DNA of 64,000 nt, from assembly GCA_963789615.1 (NCBI GenBank), contig CAWBLI010000008.1, positions 832,197 to 896,196 of the forward strand, written 5' to 3'. A program made the position numbers and the translations under genes. This document shows, piece by piece, positions 8,530-18,285 of this stretch. The first letter of the stretch is position 1. Each line of letters begins with the position of its first letter. The DNA is from an uncultured Actinomycetota bacterium (lineage in GTDB: Bacteria > Actinomycetota > Actinomycetes > JAFAQI01). The notes beneath the pieces are model-generated. The model was not told where the DNA came from. It worked only from the letters and a program-made list of their open reading frames with translations, and made no database searches.

Positions 8530-10551
8530 TCACGGCGCACGGGTGCCGCACGCGTCCCCTACGCCGGCCGAGGAACGATGGGAGTCGCTGATGGGTCCGG
8601 GTCGGCCTAGGTGGAATCCTTGTGCGAAGTCCACGCCTTCGGCCCGTAGCAGGGTCAACGCTTGTTCGTCTTCGACGCCCTCCGCGATCGTTTTGAGCCC
8701 GAATGCGCGGGCCAGGCTGACGATCGCTTTGACGACGTGGAGGTTGTCGGGCTGAGTGACTAGGTCGCGGACGAACTCGATATCGATCTTGAGGTGGGTG
8801 ATGGGCAGCTTCTTGAGGTAAGTGAAGCTGCCGAAGCCGGTTCCGAAGTCGTCGAGGGCTAGCCCGCAGCCGAGTGCGGCCAGCCCGCGGGCGAAGGCTT
8901 CGCCGGCGGTGATGTCATGCATGAGCGCGGTCTCGGTGATCTCGAACACGAGGTTGGCGGGGTCCGCGTGCGCTTCCCGGATCTGCCGCTCGATGAAGGG
9001 CAGCAGGTCCGAGGCGCCGATCGAGGCAGCGGAGAGATTCGCCTCGATCACACCCCGCCCTGTTGCCGCAAGCCGGATGGCTTGAGTGATGACCCACCGG
9101 TCGATCTCACCGATCAGCCCGTATCTCTCCGCTACCGGCAGGAAGCTACCGGGCAGGATGACTTCGTTGTTGCGCCCGATCATGCGCAGGAGCAACTCTT
9201 CGCTGGGTCGGCCGTCGGCGAGAGGCAGGATGGGCTGGGAGTACAGGACGAACCGGTTCTCGTCGATCGCATCTCGGATGCGGCCGACCCACGTGAGCGC
9301 GTCGAGCTCTCGTTGAGCGGCGGCCTGCTCCTTCCTCTCTTCGGTGATGTCACGGAACACGACGACCACACCTTGGAGGGTCGTTCCGCTCCGTAGTGGT
9401 GCGGCGGAATAGGCAACGGGGAAGATCGAGCCATCCTTGCGAGTGAAGGCGTCGTCGAGAATCCGAATGCTCCGGCCTTGAGTACGGACCTGCACAAGAG
9501 AGCATTCCTCGGCCGGGATCTCTTTACCGTCGGCTCGCTGGAAGTGGACCGTTGGATGCATCGGTTTGCCGCGTAGGTCATCATCGGTCCACCCGAGCAT
9601 CAAGGCCGCGGCAGGGTTCATATAGGTCACGAGCCCATCGGCGTCCAGGGCGTAGAGGCCCTCCGCCATGTTGTCCATGACCACGGCGCGGAACTCTGCG
9701 GCTTCCTTGCGCTCGGTGATGTCGACCACGACGTTGCCGACACCGATGGTCTCGCCATCGATGCGCACCGGGTAGTAACTGGCCAGCCAGTGGCGCGTGC
9801 GGTGCGGGTCCTCGGCACTCGGTTTGCTCACGTCGATGTTGCTGACCGTGTCGCCTGCGAGTGCGCGTCGATAGACGTTCTCGAGCTGCGGCCAGAGGTC
9901 GGGCACGAGCTCGGCAACGGTAAGGCCGATGCACTCCTCGACAGACCGGCTGTCGATGTCGGCCAGCGTCTGATTGATTCGCACGACCCTCAGATCCCGA
10001 TCGACCAGCCCGAACCCGATCGGGGTCGCCGCCTCAATACTCTTCAAGAGCGTGATCGCTTCCGTGGCCTCCCGCTCGGTGCGGCGCAGAGCGAGCTCCA
10101 GCTGTTTTTGGGCTTCGACGTCGGTCGCAGTGCCAATCCATAGATCGATCTCACCTGCGGCATCGCGAAGGGGCGTGGCGCGGCAGGCATGCCATCTGAA
10201 GACCCCGTCGAAGCGTCGAATCCGGTACTCCATCTGGAAGTCGCTGCCGGTCGTTGTCGCGTGTAGCCAGGCTTGTGCGGCCCGGTCGACGTCCTCGGGA
10301 TGGACGAGCGTGACCCAGTTCCACTGGTAGTTGGTCTCTCGCGGGCAGCCCGTGTAGTCAGTGCCTTGCTGGTTGAAGTACGTTGTCGCGCCGTCGGGTG
10401 AGGCGGTCCACACGATGTGGGGGATCGACTCGGCGATCATTTCTGCGTACTTCCGGTCCAGGACAGCGAGGTCAAACCGCAGCGCATCGACGTCGGGTCC
10501 AGCGGTCACGGAGAGCGAGGAGATGGTCACTAATGAACTGTCGGCGCGCAC
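8530..10551 (-). CDS. PAS-PAS-PAS-EAL c-di-GMP phosphodiesterase (no GGDEF domain)
   Basis: Three PAS/PAC-like modules are followed by an EAL domain with the catalytic set E(E)LLLR, EANLS, FEITE, DDFGTG, KIDIEF, EGVED and QGFHLGRP. The start is GTG at 10551. Confidence 0.9.
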   Translation of the reverse strand: MRADSSLVTISSLSVTAGPDVDALRFDLAVLDRKYAEMIAESIPHIVWTASPDGATTYFNQQGTDYTGCPRETNYQWNWVTLVHPEDVDRAAQAWLHATTTGSDFQMEYRIRRFDGVFRWHACRATPLRDAAGEIDLWIGTATDVEAQKQLELALRRTEREATEAITLLKSIEAATPIGFGLVDRDLRVVRINQTLADIDSRSVEECIGLTVAELVPDLWPQLENVYRRALAGDTVSNIDVSKPSAEDPHRTRHWLASYYPVRIDGETIGVGNVVVDITERKEAAEFRAVVMDNMAEGLYALDADGLVTYMNPAAALMLGWTDDDLRGKPMHPTVHFQRADGKEIPAEECSLVQVRTQGRSIRILDDAFTRKDGSIFPVAYSAAPLRSGTTLQGVVVVFRDITEERKEQAAAQRELDALTWVGRIRDAIDENRFVLYSQPILPLADGRPSEELLLRMIGRNNEVILPGSFLPVAERYGLIGEIDRWVITQAIRLAATGRGVIEANLSAASIGASDLLPFIERQIREAHADPANLVFEITETALMHDITAGEAFARGLAALGCGLALDDFGTGFGSFTYLKKLPITHLKIDIEFVRDLVTQPDNLHVVKAIVSLARAFGLKTIAEGVEDEQALTLLRAEGVDFAQGFHLGRPGPISDSHRSSAGVGDACGTRAP

Positions 10552-10584
10552 CCCCGGGGTGCCTTTAGGGTCTTTCGTCCCGGT

Positions 10585-10956
10585 TCAGCCGGGACTTCTG
10601 TCATGACGCTCCGGTGCCGGCTCGTAGAGCCGGGCGGCCGCTTGTCGTGAGATCTTCATGTGCCGCGCCACGTCCGTCAGTGACAGACCACCCTCATCGA
10701 CAAGCGCGCGCACGACATCGGCACGCATTGAGGCGATGGCGCGCTCGTATTCACGAAACACGTTAGCCGCGCTCAGGCGAGTCTCCCGCCCGCCGGCCCC
10801 GATCAACTCGTCGACGACACCGACGATAGGGCGACCCGCGTTCCGTGCCTCACAACCCTCGTGCAACGCACCGACCGCCGTCTCGATCGCGAGGCAGGCC
10901 CGGCGACCAGCCTCTGCAACCCGCTCGGCCGATCCGACGAACCAGTCCTCCGTCAT
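10585..10956 (-). CDS. small helix-turn-helix protein
   Basis: 123 aa with a C-terminal HTH-like LSLTDVARHMKISRQAAARLY. It ends 33 nt upstream of the PAS-EAL gene, so the two are probably co-transcribed. Confidence 0.5.
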   Translation of the reverse strand: MTEDWFVGSAERVAEAGRRACLAIETAVGALHEGCEARNAGRPIVGVVDELIGAGGRETRLSAANVFREYERAIASMRADVVRALVDEGGLSLTDVARHMKISRQAAARLYEPAPERHDRSPG

Positions 10957-11043
10957 CGGTTACTCACAAAATGCACAAGTCCACCATCGCACGACTAGGT
11001 GAAGGCCGTACGCAACTCGTGCACGCGAGTGTGCATGCCGTGG

Positions 11044-12708
11044 TCACACATCTCGTATCGGCGGCTCGACGGCACGTATCGCCTGGATGGTGTTCCATGC
11101 GCGGGTCGCTACCTGGAGGTTGAACTGGGTCTCGGGCTCGTTCAGGTCGTACCCGGTCAACTCGCGGATGCGTCGCAACCGGTACTTCAGAGTGCTCGGA
11201 TGCACCGAAAGGCTGCGCGCGCTGCCTTCATAGTGGCGACCCGAGGCCAGATAGACGCTGAGGGTTCGAGTCAACTGTGTCTGCCGCCTTTCGTCGTACT
11301 CAAGAAGTGGTCCTAGCCACTCGTCGACGATGCTCTCGACGGCGCTAGTGTCCAGCCCGCCGAGCAGACGGTAGACGCCGAGACTCTCGAACTCCGTCAC
11401 CTGCTCGTGGCCGCCTGCTATCCGTTGGATGTTCAGTGCGAGTCGAGCCTCGTGATGCGAGCGGGGTAACTCAGGGATACCCGGGCACGGTCCACCGACA
11501 CCGACTCTGCACTCGCCGGCGGGAAGCAGCAGCATGACGCCGGCGTGAAACTCTTCCCAGGCACGATCCCGTGGACAGATTAGGACTACGTCGTCCTGCC
11601 GCGGCGTGAGTAGTCCGCCGATTCCGTGGTCGTGCGCAGCACTCCTTACCGCCTGTCGGAACACCTCGACGTCGTCGGACCTGCTTCTCCCCTCGATGAC
11701 CGCGACAACGTGAAGCTCGTCAGGGTCGCATCCCAGTGCCACCAGCCGGCCGCGGGTAGCGGATTGTGTGGTCCCGGCGAGCAGCTCGGTGAGCAGGTCG
11801 CGCCCGAGTCGCAACTCGGTGTCGACGACGCTTGCCATTCTGATCAACTCGGTAGAGACGAGGGCGGTGGCATGTTCCAATGCCATCCACTCGGGGCCGC
11901 CCGACGAGGCGGCGGGGTCGACGAGGGCGATGGTGCCGACGACATCCGGTCGAGGGCGCGCAAGGGAAATCAGGTAGTCCTTGTGCCGCAACGGATGAAC
12001 ACTTGCCTCCAGTTGGGCGAGGAGGTGCTCCCTGCCAGTGGCGGACTGCCTCGGGTATGGATCCGACCGCCCTGCCCCCGACCAAGCGAGGAGATTCCCG
12101 GCACGGTCCTCGATGGCCACTGGCAGTCCGGTGACCTCGGACAACGCCGCAGCAATACCGCTCATACCTTCTCCCCGTGCCGCTGCTGTCATCAGTCGGT
12201 CATGTGCCACTGCGTTGTTTCTGAGGGCCTGGTTGCTGCGCTGCAAGTCCTCTTCGACGCGTAAAGCCTGTGCGTGCATTCGGGAACTGGCCAACGCGAG
12301 ACCGATGTGTTGAACGAGGGATCGGAGGACAAGCTGTTCGGCATCGTCAGGTCGCGCTGCTCCACCCGCCACGCAAAAGCCGAGCGGAGCAGCCCTGGCA
12401 GTGAGCGAGAACGCCCATCCCCACCTCCGGCCAGGCACCTTGAGGGAACCACCGTTCGGCGGTAACAGCGCAACTCGACGGTCAAGGTCCCCGACCTTGC
12501 CAGTCCCAGCGATATGAGGCGACGTCGTCCGCCGCTGGCCGTCCACGTAGATCGCGTCGATCTGACAGGTCCCCAGCGAGCCGGTTTGGGCCACCGAAAG
12601 GTGAAGGATCTTCCCCTCATCGAGCTCACTACCCATGACGATCGTCAACGCCAGCAGGCTGCGAAGCGCAGCGAGCTGGGCTTTGGTGTGACCATCGGGT
12701 ATCACCAC
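11044..12708 (-). CDS. PucR/CdaR family transcriptional regulator
   Basis: The C-terminal PucR HTH is LSVHPSTLKYRLRRIRELTGYDL. The N-terminal region is GAF-like and the middle region is typical of the family. Confidence 0.85.
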   Translation of the reverse strand: MVIPDGHTKAQLAALRSLLALTIVMGSELDEGKILHLSVAQTGSLGTCQIDAIYVDGQRRTTSPHIAGTGKVGDLDRRVALLPPNGGSLKVPGRRWGWAFSLTARAAPLGFCVAGGAARPDDAEQLVLRSLVQHIGLALASSRMHAQALRVEEDLQRSNQALRNNAVAHDRLMTAAARGEGMSGIAAALSEVTGLPVAIEDRAGNLLAWSGAGRSDPYPRQSATGREHLLAQLEASVHPLRHKDYLISLARPRPDVVGTIALVDPAASSGGPEWMALEHATALVSTELIRMASVVDTELRLGRDLLTELLAGTTQSATRGRLVALGCDPDELHVVAVIEGRSRSDDVEVFRQAVRSAAHDHGIGGLLTPRQDDVVLICPRDRAWEEFHAGVMLLLPAGECRVGVGGPCPGIPELPRSHHEARLALNIQRIAGGHEQVTEFESLGVYRLLGGLDTSAVESIVDEWLGPLLEYDERRQTQLTRTLSVYLASGRHYEGSARSLSVHPSTLKYRLRRIRELTGYDLNEPETQFNLQVATRAWNTIQAIRAVEPPIRDV

Positions 12709-12975
12709 GTGAGGGTCCCAATCGCCGTCCCCCCGTCCGCCGGAGCGTGTCTAGCGGTCGAGTAATCCGAACGTTACGCTGGGTGTCCAGTTGGCCCGAG
12801 GAGGGCTCGGACGAGGCTGCCACCGCTGCGGCAAGCGGCGCGGCAGATCGAGCAAGACGGACCTAGTCGCAGAAAGACAAATCCGGACCAAATATTCGAC
12901 CGCGTGCGCCCACGACACCACGCTGCCTCCACGACAGAATTGGTTCTCCTACTCCCCAGTCCAAGGAGGTGTCCC

Positions 12976-13719
12976 GTGTCTGAGCTTCCAGCCCCTGAGC
13001 GTCGATACGAGACATATGTCCATCGCCTAGAACAACGACTCGACGAAATGGTTTTCGATCATGATGGACTCGCGGAACAGCCCGAGGCAGCAGCGTGGCT
13101 CGTCCGAGCCGCCCTCAGCTACGGGAACTTGCCGCGAGCCCGGGCCGTCGTCAAGGCGACGGAGCGGATGGCCGGGGGCGGGACCGATCCCCTGGGAGCC
13201 GCAGCCGCCCTCGAGCATGCACGAGGGTTGTTGAAACGCGACGCCGTTGCGTTGGAGCGAGCCGCGACTTCACACCGGCTCCCGCGGGCACAGGCAAGCG
13301 CGGCCGAAGACGCAGCGGTCGCTCGGATGGAACGCGGCGAGACCACCCGCGCGATCGAGCTCCTTAAGCAGTCGCGAGCGGGGTACGAATCAGTGAACGC
13401 CGAGCAGGATCTGGCGAGGATTCGCTCACGGATGCGGGGCGTCGGGGTGCGCACGCAGCACTGGACTTACGCTCAGCGACCGTCGTTCGGCTGGGGGAGC
13501 CTCACGGACACCGAGCGACGGGTCGTCGATCTGGTATCAAGCGGCCTCACCAACCGTGAGGTGGCGCAGCACTTGTTCCTCTCGCATCACACCGTCGCCT
13601 TTCACCTACGGCAGATCTTCCGAAAAGTCGACGTCTGTACGCGGGTCCAGCTCACCCGCGACTGGTTGGAGCAGCCAACAGTGATCGCGGGTGGCCGGCA
13701 TGCGGCCGCATCGCCGTGA
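12976..13719 (+). CDS. LuxR family transcriptional regulator
   Basis: The C-terminal LuxR HTH is LTDTERRVVDLVSSGLTNREVAQHLFLSHHTVAFHLRQIFRKV. Start placed at GTG 12976, which has AAGGAGG 6 nt upstream and is in frame with ORF 12904. Confidence 0.8.
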   Translation: MSELPAPERRYETYVHRLEQRLDEMVFDHDGLAEQPEAAAWLVRAALSYGNLPRARAVVKATERMAGGGTDPLGAAAALEHARGLLKRDAVALERAATSHRLPRAQASAAEDAAVARMERGETTRAIELLKQSRAGYESVNAEQDLARIRSRMRGVGVRTQHWTYAQRPSFGWGSLTDTERRVVDLVSSGLTNREVAQHLFLSHHTVAFHLRQIFRKVDVCTRVQLTRDWLEQPTVIAGGRHAAASP

Positions 13720-14087
13720 AGCTTGATGATCCGCAGCAGCCCTCCGTCATGATCAGCACTGAGATCTCGGGCGAAGACACCTGTTTCCTGGTCCGACGAA
13801 CCGGTACGGCAGCCCAAGTGCGCATCAGCGGCACTCTGCGGGCAACCGACGCGCCAGCGCTGCGGAGGTGGTTCGGTCGGATGATCGACGACGGAGTGGA
13901 CTTCCTCGATGTGGACCTGGCAGGCGTTCACGAGATCGACCGTGCCGGTCTCGCGACGCTCCTCATCGTGTCGCGTCGGCTCAGGCAGCGAGGCGGCCTT
14001 CACTTCCGAGCGCTGAGCGATGAGTGTCGAGGTGCGCTGCAGCAAGCCCACTTGTTCACCGTGGAGCTCGATGACAGGAGGTGGTGA
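13716..14087 (+). CDS. STAS-domain anti-sigma-factor antagonist
   Basis: The GTG start overlaps the LuxR stop (GTGA). The STAS layout is LDVDLAGVHEIDRAGLATLLIVSRRLRQRGGLHFRAL. Confidence 0.8.
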   Translation: MKLDDPQQPSVMISTEISGEDTCFLVRRTGTAAQVRISGTLRATDAPALRRWFGRMIDDGVDFLDVDLAGVHEIDRAGLATLLIVSRRLRQRGGLHFRALSDECRGALQQAHLFTVELDDRRW

Positions 14088-14395
14088 AGGTGCCACCCAA
14101 AGGCGTTCCGTACGACGAGCCGATCACTACATGCTGCCAAGCCCATATCAGCTGGTCCGAGCTCGCGATACACCTTCATCGTGATTTCGATGTGGAAGTC
14201 AATGGGGCCCTGGTTACAGATGAGATGGACCGGGCCAGTGACGCTCTGACCTTGTTCGGTATCAGCAGTGAGGAGGAGCGGCTGTTCATCGGTGAGCGCA
14301 TCGTGCGCCATCACCTTGAGATCCTGAGTGGACAACGCCGGCTGGCGTCTCGGCTCGACCCTGAGCGGCACACTCAGCGCGAGAACGTCCTGTAA
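14081..14395 (+). CDS. uncharacterised small protein P1 (paralog of 23323-23685)
   Basis: It overlaps the STAS stop. The start is ambiguous among GTGs at 14081, 14084 and 14090, with AGGAG at 14076. It shares CC..HI.W..LA.HL..DF ... RLDPE.H with the second copy. Confidence 0.55.
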   Translation: MVKVPPKGVPYDEPITTCCQAHISWSELAIHLHRDFDVEVNGALVTDEMDRASDALTLFGISSEEERLFIGERIVRHHLEILSGQRRLASRLDPERHTQRENVL

Positions 14396-14410
14396 GCCGC
14401 CGCCAACAAG

Positions 14411-14441
14411 TCGGGGTGGCGCCCCGTGGACGCCACCCCGA
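14411..14441. terminator. perfect 11-bp stem / 9-nt loop hairpin between convergent genes
   Basis: tcggggtggcg-ccccgtgga-cgccaccccga lies between the stops at 14395 and 14456. Confidence 0.5.
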
Positions 14442-14455
14442 TGGTGCGATGTTCG

Positions 14456-15148
14456 TCAGTCACCACCGAATGGCCGAACCTTGATCTTGTTCACTACCTC
14501 GACGACACCGGGCGCAGACCATGCGGCCCGCTCGGCCTCGCGGCGCTCGGCCCAGGACCCGACCTTGCCCTTCAGGGTGACCGTGCCGCCGGCGGTCTCC
14601 ACCTGGATTCCGTGTGCGTCAGTCTCTGCGTTACGCACCAGCGCGGCCTCGACCCTGTGCTTGAGCGTCTCAGGCGACGGTGAGACGAGGGGCCTCACGG
14701 AGATGAGGTTGCTGACGCCACGGACCCCGGTGAGACGCCGTACCGCCCGCTCAGCGCTACGTCGCTCGAACTCCCACGGCACCTCTCCACGCAGCGTCAC
14801 CCATCCCTTGGAGACGGTGACCTCGATCTTGTCTGTCGGCAGCGCCGCCTCCCACTCGAGGGCGCGAACCGCCGCCGCGGCAATGTCCGCGTCGGTGCGC
14901 TGTGCGGTTCCAGGAAGGCGTACCTCAATGTCATTTGCCACCGCGGCAACACCCTTGACTCGCAGTGCCGCCTTTTCCGCATCCCACCGCTTCGGGTAGG
15001 AGTCGACGTAGCCGGTCAGCGTGACGACGCCGCCCTTGACGGACACGCCGATCTCATTCGGCTGAACCGACGCGTCCCACTTCAGCTCCTCCATGACATC
15101 CTTCTGAACCTGTTCATCCGTTTTGGCATCTAGCACGCTGGTTGCCAC
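14456..15148 (-). CDS. BON-domain protein (three BON repeats, OsmY-like)
   Basis: It carries repeated V.V..G.VTL.G.V......R..AE.A motifs. Start set to GTG 15148 with GGAGG 5 nt upstream; the longer ORF reaches 15259. Confidence 0.85.
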   Translation of the reverse strand: MATSVLDAKTDEQVQKDVMEELKWDASVQPNEIGVSVKGGVVTLTGYVDSYPKRWDAEKAALRVKGVAAVANDIEVRLPGTAQRTDADIAAAAVRALEWEAALPTDKIEVTVSKGWVTLRGEVPWEFERRSAERAVRRLTGVRGVSNLISVRPLVSPSPETLKHRVEAALVRNAETDAHGIQVETAGGTVTLKGKVGSWAERREAERAAWSAPGVVEVVNKIKVRPFGGD

Positions 15149-15276
15149 TGCTTCCTCCTGACGTCTGACGGCACTCGGGGTGGTGCCAAACCCGACTGTC
15201 GTCGCCGACGTAAGCCAGGGCATCCCCTGTCCGGCTAGGGCATCGGATCGCCCGCTCACAGCCAGCGCGCGGGCGC

Positions 15277-15306
15277 CACGCCCATCCCTCGTTTAGGGGA
15301 TGTGTG
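15277..15306. promoter_or_regulatory. imperfect palindrome shared with the hsp20 upstream region
   Basis: cacgcccatccctcgtttaggggatgtgtg lies 29-58 nt upstream of the DUF1931 ATG. Compare cacaccatccccttctaggatgtgtg at 26095-26120. Confidence 0.35.
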
Positions 15307-15334
15307 CGCGGCCGGCACCCTTGACAGTGGCCCG

Positions 15335-15784
15335 ATGCCCGTCGCTGGAGTCCCAGAGTTCGAGCGGTTCTTCCGTGAGGCGGCCTCGCTGCGCGTCGAC
15401 AAGGACGACCTCAAACGCTATGCGGGCTTCCTCGACCGCAAGGTGTCCGACCTTCTGCTGCGTGGCACGGCGAACGCCAAGGCCAACGGTCGCGACGTTA
15501 TGGAAACCTGGGACCTTCCGGTGACCAAGGGTCTGCAGGAGTCGATTCACGACTATGACCAGATCGACGCCGAACTAGGTTTGCGCCGGTTCATCGAGCC
15601 GCTGGTGAAGCGACCACCGTTGGACGTGACGCTCAGCGAGGAAGCGGAGGCGGATCTCCCGCACGTCGCTGGTGGCCTCAGCGTCGCCTTGGCGCGAGCA
15701 CTTGTCGTCATCGACCCCGGCCTGCGTAACCCGTCCACCGAGCACTGGGATCGCGCCTTCCGGATCTTCGACCTGCTCCTCTGA
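15335..15784 (+). CDS. DUF1931-family (histone-fold-like) protein
   Basis: [29 protein letters not shown]...[13 protein letters not shown] matches my recollection of the DUF1931 family end to end. ATG at 15335. Confidence 0.7.
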   Translation: MPVAGVPEFERFFREAASLRVDKDDLKRYAGFLDRKVSDLLLRGTANAKANGRDVMETWDLPVTKGLQESIHDYDQIDAELGLRRFIEPLVKRPPLDVTLSEEAEADLPHVAGGLSVALARALVVIDPGLRNPSTEHWDRAFRIFDLLL

Positions 15785-15849
15785 GTGCCCCTCGGTCACT
15801 ACTCATTCTGGGGATGCGCACGGGTTCGAGCTATTTGCAGGGTGAGGTC

Positions 15850-17760
15850 ATGGCCAAAGCAGCAGGAATCGACCTCGGTACGACGAACTCTGTGATCGCC
15901 GCCGTAGAGGCCGGCCAGGCCCAGGTGATCCCCAACTCTGAGGGGGCGCGAACGACACCGTCTGTCGTCGCGTTCACTGAGTCGGGCGAGCGCCTCGTGG
16001 GTCAGCTGGCCCGTCGCCAGGGGATCCTCAACCCGAAAGGGACGATCTACTCCGCGAAACGGTTCATTGGACGCCGGTACGACGAGGTCAGGAACGAGAT
16101 CGACACCGCGACGTTCGACGTCGTACCCGGTCCGGACGATTCAGTGCGGTTCAAGGTCCGGGACAAGCTGTACGCCCCCGAGGAGATCTCTGCCCAGGTC
16201 CTGCGCAAGCTCGCCGATGACGCGTCGAAGCAGCTGGGCGAGAGGGTCACCGAGGCGGTCATCACCGTTCCGGCGTACTTCAACGACGCACAGCGGCAGG
16301 CGACGAAGGACGCCGGACGCATTGCGGGGCTCGAGGTGTTGCGCATCATCAACGAGCCAACCGCCGCGGCGCTCGCTTACGGTCTGGACAAGGCCGAGCA
16401 CGAGACGGTGCTCGTCTACGACCTCGGCGGCGGGACGTTTGACGTCAGCATCCTCGACGTCGGTGACGGTGTCGTCGAGGTCCGCTCGACGTCCGGTGAC
16501 ACCCATCTCGGTGGAGACGATTTCGATCGCCGCATCGTCGATTTCCTCGCGGATGAGTTCAAGAAGAGCAACGGCATCGACCTGCGCAATGACCCGCAGG
16601 CCTTGCAGCGGTTGTTCGAGGCCGCCGAGAGAGCGAAGGTCGAGCTGTCGTCGGTTACCCAGACGACGATCAATCTGCCGTTCGTCACGGCAGACGCGTC
16701 CGGCCCGCAGCACCTGAATGTCACGCTGATGCGGTCCACGTTCGAACAGATCACGACTGACCTGGTCGAACGGACGAGCGCACCGGTCGAGCAGGCGATG
16801 GCCGACGCGAAACTCACCGCCAGCGACATCGACGAAGTCATCCTGGTTGGCGGCTCGACGCGGATCCCGGCGGTTCAGAACTTGGTCCGCCGCCTGACGG
16901 GTGGCAAGGATCCGAACATGTCGGTCAACCCCGATGAGGTCGTCGCCATCGGGGCCGCTATCCAGGCCGGCGTGCTGAAGGGCGAGGTCAAGGACGTCCT
17001 GCTCCTTGATGTCACGCCGCTATCCCTAGGCATTGAAACGCTCGGCGGGGTCATGACCAAGGTGGTCGACCGCAACACGACGATCCCGGCACGACGCACG
17101 GAGACGTTTAGCACCGCGGAAGACAACCAGAACGCCGTCGACGTCGTCGTGCTCCAGGGTGAACGGGAGCGCGCCAGCGACAATCGCGTCCTCGGTCGGT
17201 TCCGGCTGGAGAACATCCGACCGGCACCGCGAGGTGAGCCGCAGGTCGAGGTGACGTACGACATCGACGCGAACGGCATCCTCAATGTCTCGGCGCGGGA
17301 CAAGGACACGGGCGCGGAGCAGCGCATCACCATCAGCGAGAGCAGCAACCTCGACAAAAGCGAGGTTGAGCGAATGGTTTCGGATGCTGAGGCGAACCGT
17401 TCGGATGACACCCGGTTGCGACAGGACGTGGATGCCCGCAACGAGCTCGATAGCGTTGCTTACCAGGTCGAGCGCCGACTGAACGAGCTCGGTGACGCCG
17501 TACCAGTCAACGAGAAGGCGCGCGCCGAGATGCTCGTCAACGACGCGCGACAGGCGATCAAGGACGGGGCCCCACTGGAGCGGATGCGTTCGCTCACCTC
17601 GGATCTGCAGCAGGTGAACCAGAGCCTGTCCGTGTCGGGGCAGACGCCGTACCCGGACCCGGGATCCGCCGGTGACGTAAGCGGCGGCGCGGGAGGGCGA
17701 GGGGGCGATGCCCCGTCCGAGGACGATGACGTCGTCGACGCCGAGTTCACGACCAGCTGA
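15850..17760 (+). CDS. dnaK: molecular chaperone DnaK (Hsp70)
   Basis: [38 protein letters not shown] and [14 protein letters not shown] are present. ATG at 15850 follows GGTGAGG. Confidence 0.97.
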   Translation: MAKAAGIDLGTTNSVIAAVEAGQAQVIPNSEGARTTPSVVAFTESGERLVGQLARRQGILNPKGTIYSAKRFIGRRYDEVRNEIDTATFDVVPGPDDSVRFKVRDKLYAPEEISAQVLRKLADDASKQLGERVTEAVITVPAYFNDAQRQATKDAGRIAGLEVLRIINEPTAAALAYGLDKAEHETVLVYDLGGGTFDVSILDVGDGVVEVRSTSGDTHLGGDDFDRRIVDFLADEFKKSNGIDLRNDPQALQRLFEAAERAKVELSSVTQTTINLPFVTADASGPQHLNVTLMRSTFEQITTDLVERTSAPVEQAMADAKLTASDIDEVILVGGSTRIPAVQNLVRRLTGGKDPNMSVNPDEVVAIGAAIQAGVLKGEVKDVLLLDVTPLSLGIETLGGVMTKVVDRNTTIPARRTETFSTAEDNQNAVDVVVLQGERERASDNRVLGRFRLENIRPAPRGEPQVEVTYDIDANGILNVSARDKDTGAEQRITISESSNLDKSEVERMVSDAEANRSDDTRLRQDVDARNELDSVAYQVERRLNELGDAVPVNEKARAEMLVNDARQAIKDGAPLERMRSLTSDLQQVNQSLSVSGQTPYPDPGSAGDVSGGAGGRGGDAPSEDDDVVDAEFTTS

Positions 17761-17766
17761 GCCGCT

Positions 17767-18285
17767 ATGACCGACGACCAGAGGACGACGCAGCAGAATC
17801 CGACCGGGGCACCTACCCAGGCGGAAGACCGCTCGAACGAGGTTGCGGACCTGCAGCAGAAGGTCGCCGAGCTCGAGGGCCGATGGCGGCAGTCGCTGGC
17901 CGACCTCGACAACCTGCGCAAGCGGGTAGCGCGAGACAGTCAGCGCATCGTTGAGCAGGAGCAGGGGCGTCTCACGGAGCAGTGGCTGCCAGTGGTCGAC
18001 AATCTGGAGCTCGCGATCGCCCACGCCGACGCTGATCCAGCGACGATCGTTCCGGGGGTCAAGGCGGTCTTGTCGCTCGCGATCGACCTGCTGGCTCGAC
18101 TGGGCTACCCACGACACGACGACGTCGGCGTACCGTTCGACCCGTCACGTCACGAGGCAGTCAGCGTGGTCCACGCCTCCGACGTACCCGAGGGAACCGT
18201 CGTCGATGTGGTGCGTCCCGGCTATGGCGGGGACGATCACCCGCTCCGGCCGGCCTCGGTGGTGGTGGCGTCGAGGCCGGACTAA
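17767..18285 (+). CDS. grpE: nucleotide exchange factor GrpE
   Basis: It has the coiled-coil LADLDNLRKRVARD and the C-terminal PFDPSRHEAV...G.V..V.RPGY signature. It lies immediately after dnaK. Confidence 0.9.
   Translation: MTDDQRTTQQNPTGAPTQAEDRSNEVADLQQKVAELEGRWRQSLADLDNLRKRVARDSQRIVEQEQGRLTEQWLPVVDNLELAIAHADADPATIVPGVKAVLSLAIDLLARLGYPRHDDVGVPFDPSRHEAVSVVHASDVPEGTVVDVVRPGYGGDDHPLRPASVVVASRPD

Noticed and set aside
15321-15326. A TTGACA hexamer as the -35 box for the DUF1931-dnaK operon.
   Set aside because: It lies only 9 nt upstream of the ATG at 15335, so a promoter here would start transcription inside the gene.
15785-15849. Search for the HspR operator (HAIR, CTTGAGT-N7-ACTCAAG) or CIRCE upstream of dnaK and hsp20.
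   Set aside because: Only loose resemblance was seen (CTGAGTG...CACTACTCA). I found no acceptable match to either consensus in 15149-15849 or 26055-26210.
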